Source: a virus
Taxonomy: Duplodnaviria > Caudoviricetes
Length of the DNA stretch: 45,614 nucleotides
Direction: 5' to 3' (one strand)
IMG/VR virus record: IMGVR_UViG_3300005137_000013
Span: 1-45,614 of that record
The notes beneath the pieces were generated by a model that ran no database searches, was not told the origin of the DNA, and worked only from the letters and a program-made list of their open reading frames with translations. The translations under genes were made by a program, and so were the position numbers. Positions 44,345 through 45,614 of this stretch are shown here, in pieces. Position 1 is the stretch's first letter; each line of letters opens with the position of its first letter.

Positions 44345-44873
44345 ACATGGACTGTCGTGGACTTCTCTCGCGGCAGTCCTCATTCTTTTGCTCAAAAATC
44401 GTCGATTGAAACGGTACATCAACCATCATTTACCGAAGATTCTGCGCGACCATGATGATGAGCGATTAAACCGAATCGAATCGAAACTGGACTATTTGAT
44501 TGAATTGGAGGGAGGGGCATGTGCGCCTATATCCAAGCGTTACGAAGCAAATACTCCGTCGAGCTTATCAAAGTCTTTCACATTGTCACGAACGGGCAAA
44601 TCTATTGTCCCGTCCATAATCAAATTCATGAATTTAAGGAGGATGAAAAGCATGTTGCAAAAGTTGAAGAGTAGGAAGTTTATTTTGGCGGTTGTTTCGG
44701 CAATTCTCATTGTGTTGAATGATGGACTTGATCTTGGGATTGATCAAGACACCGTCCTTGCCTTTGCCGGATTGGTTGCCACTTGGATTCTAGGAGAATC
44801 GGCCATTGATGCCACCCGCGCGAAAGCGCAAGTAGAATCCGTCGATGATCCCGGCGAAAAACTGTCCCACTAG
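44304..44873 (+). CDS. Lysis membrane protein: N-terminal TM/coiled-coil domain in frame with the holin
   Basis: AAGGTGA RBS, GTG start, TM helix, RLNRIESKLD; no stop before the holin start. Confidence 0.55.
   Translation: MYDLILDALSTFIRHGLSWTSLAAVLILLLKNRRLKRYINHHLPKILRDHDDERLNRIESKLDYLIELEGGACAPISKRYEANTPSSLSKSFTLSRTGKSIVPSIIKFMNLRRMKSMLQKLKSRKFILAVVSAILIVLNDGLDLGIDQDTVLAFAGLVATWILGESAIDATRAKAQVESVDDPGEKLSH
44652..44873 (+). CDS. Holin (two TM helices)
   Basis: AAGGAGG RBS; KLKSRKFILAVVSAIL...WILGESAID; immediately before the endolysin. Confidence 0.8.
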   Translation: MLQKLKSRKFILAVVSAILIVLNDGLDLGIDQDTVLAFAGLVATWILGESAIDATRAKAQVESVDDPGEKLSH

Positions 44874-44882
44874 GAGGTTCCT

Positions 44883-45614
44883 ATGTACGAAATCGAGTGG
44901 AAAGGATCGCCCAACTATTATTCCGGATGGGGCAAGTGGAAACCCATGGTGATTGTCAATCACATCTCCGCCGGCACCATGGGAAGCATGGACAATCACT
45001 TTGCCAATCCGAAATCCAAAGCATCGGCTCATTTCGGTGTGTCGAGAGAAGGGAAAATCCATCAATATGTGCGAATGACCGACCGCGCATGGACACAGGG
45101 TTTGCGTCAACATGAAATCAAATACGCTACCGCGCCCATTGTGAAGCAACTGAACACGGACCCGAACAATTACTGCATCTCCATCGAGCACGAAGGTTAC
45201 GCTGGAAATGGTCTGGATGGGTCGCTCACCAACGAGCAATTCTTTGCCAGTGTATGGCTTCACAAGTACATTCAAACAAAAGTTCAGGATATTCTCGGCG
45301 TGAAAATCCCTTTCACACCGCAGCATGTCATTGGTCACTTCCAGATCGACCCGATTGACAAGCCTTTTTGTCCCGGCGTCAATTTCCCGTGGGCGCGGCT
45401 GTACAATCTCCTGTACAAGGCCGACCGGATGACCATGGACGAATTCGAGGAATGGCTTGCGTACACGAAGGAAAAAGCAACATTAGAACGTGCGGTAGCC
45501 GTTCGGAATCGTATTGAGGACTTGTACAGTAAGATCAACAGCAAGTTCCACGATGATGCGGTATACAAGCTGAATCAGATCGCGGACGATATGGAGGAAA
45601 AGGCGATTCTGTAA
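44883..45614 (+). CDS. Endolysin, N-acetylmuramoyl-L-alanine amidase (Amidase_2)
   Basis: IVNHISAG, ASAHFGV, ISIEHEG, VIGHFQID..KPFCPG. Confidence 0.93.
   Translation: MYEIEWKGSPNYYSGWGKWKPMVIVNHISAGTMGSMDNHFANPKSKASAHFGVSREGKIHQYVRMTDRAWTQGLRQHEIKYATAPIVKQLNTDPNNYCISIEHEGYAGNGLDGSLTNEQFFASVWLHKYIQTKVQDILGVKIPFTPQHVIGHFQIDPIDKPFCPGVNFPWARLYNLLYKADRMTMDEFEEWLAYTKEKATLERAVAVRNRIEDLYSKINSKFHDDAVYKLNQIADDMEEKAIL

Larger units (their letters stand above)
283..45614. mobile_element. sigK-intervening (skin-like) temperate prophage with podovirus-type morphogenesis genes; right end outside window
   Basis: Integrase, lysogeny switch, recombination/replication, packaging, head, short tail and lysis modules occur in canonical order; no tape-measure or sheath gene seen. 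Confidence 0.92.

Noticed and set aside
44643-44654. Lambda S-type dual start (Met-Lys-Ser-Met) of the holin
   Set aside because: The first ATG abuts the RBS with no spacing, so initiation there is unlikely.

Overview
The window is almost entirely one temperate prophage of an endospore-forming Bacillota host, probably Paenibacillaceae. It is integrated into the mother-cell sigma factor gene sigK, i.e. a skin-like element. The 3' third of sigK occupies 1..~282 on the minus strand; the 5' part and the other att site must lie beyond the right edge. Gene order from left to right: large serine recombinase with an adjacent catalytically dead serine-recombinase domain; Xre repressor/Cro switch; antirepressor; an array of small early genes; YqaJ/RecT; a replication module with iterons; a C5 DNA methyltransferase; two ArpU/RinA-like regulators flanking a counter-oriented operon; terminase, P22-like portal, scaffold, capsid, short-tail (podovirus-type) and ejection proteins; two morons; holin and amidase. 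Most notable observations, all read by eye without database searches: (1) the C5 MTase catalytic motif is interrupted by Pro-stop-Pro (CCT-TGA-CCA), a possible ribosomal stop-hop site, and motif IX is supplied by a nested +1-frame gene; (2) a pseudoknotted type I hammerhead ribozyme with an extra inserted hairpin; (3) a Ser-to-Ala dead recombinase domain co-transcribed with the integrase; (4) a LexA-boxed promoter driving a small gene antisense to the repressor; (5) early genes bracketed by direct repeats and shared C-terminal peptide tags; (6) a RepL-like gene with iteron-like repeats between the terminase subunits.
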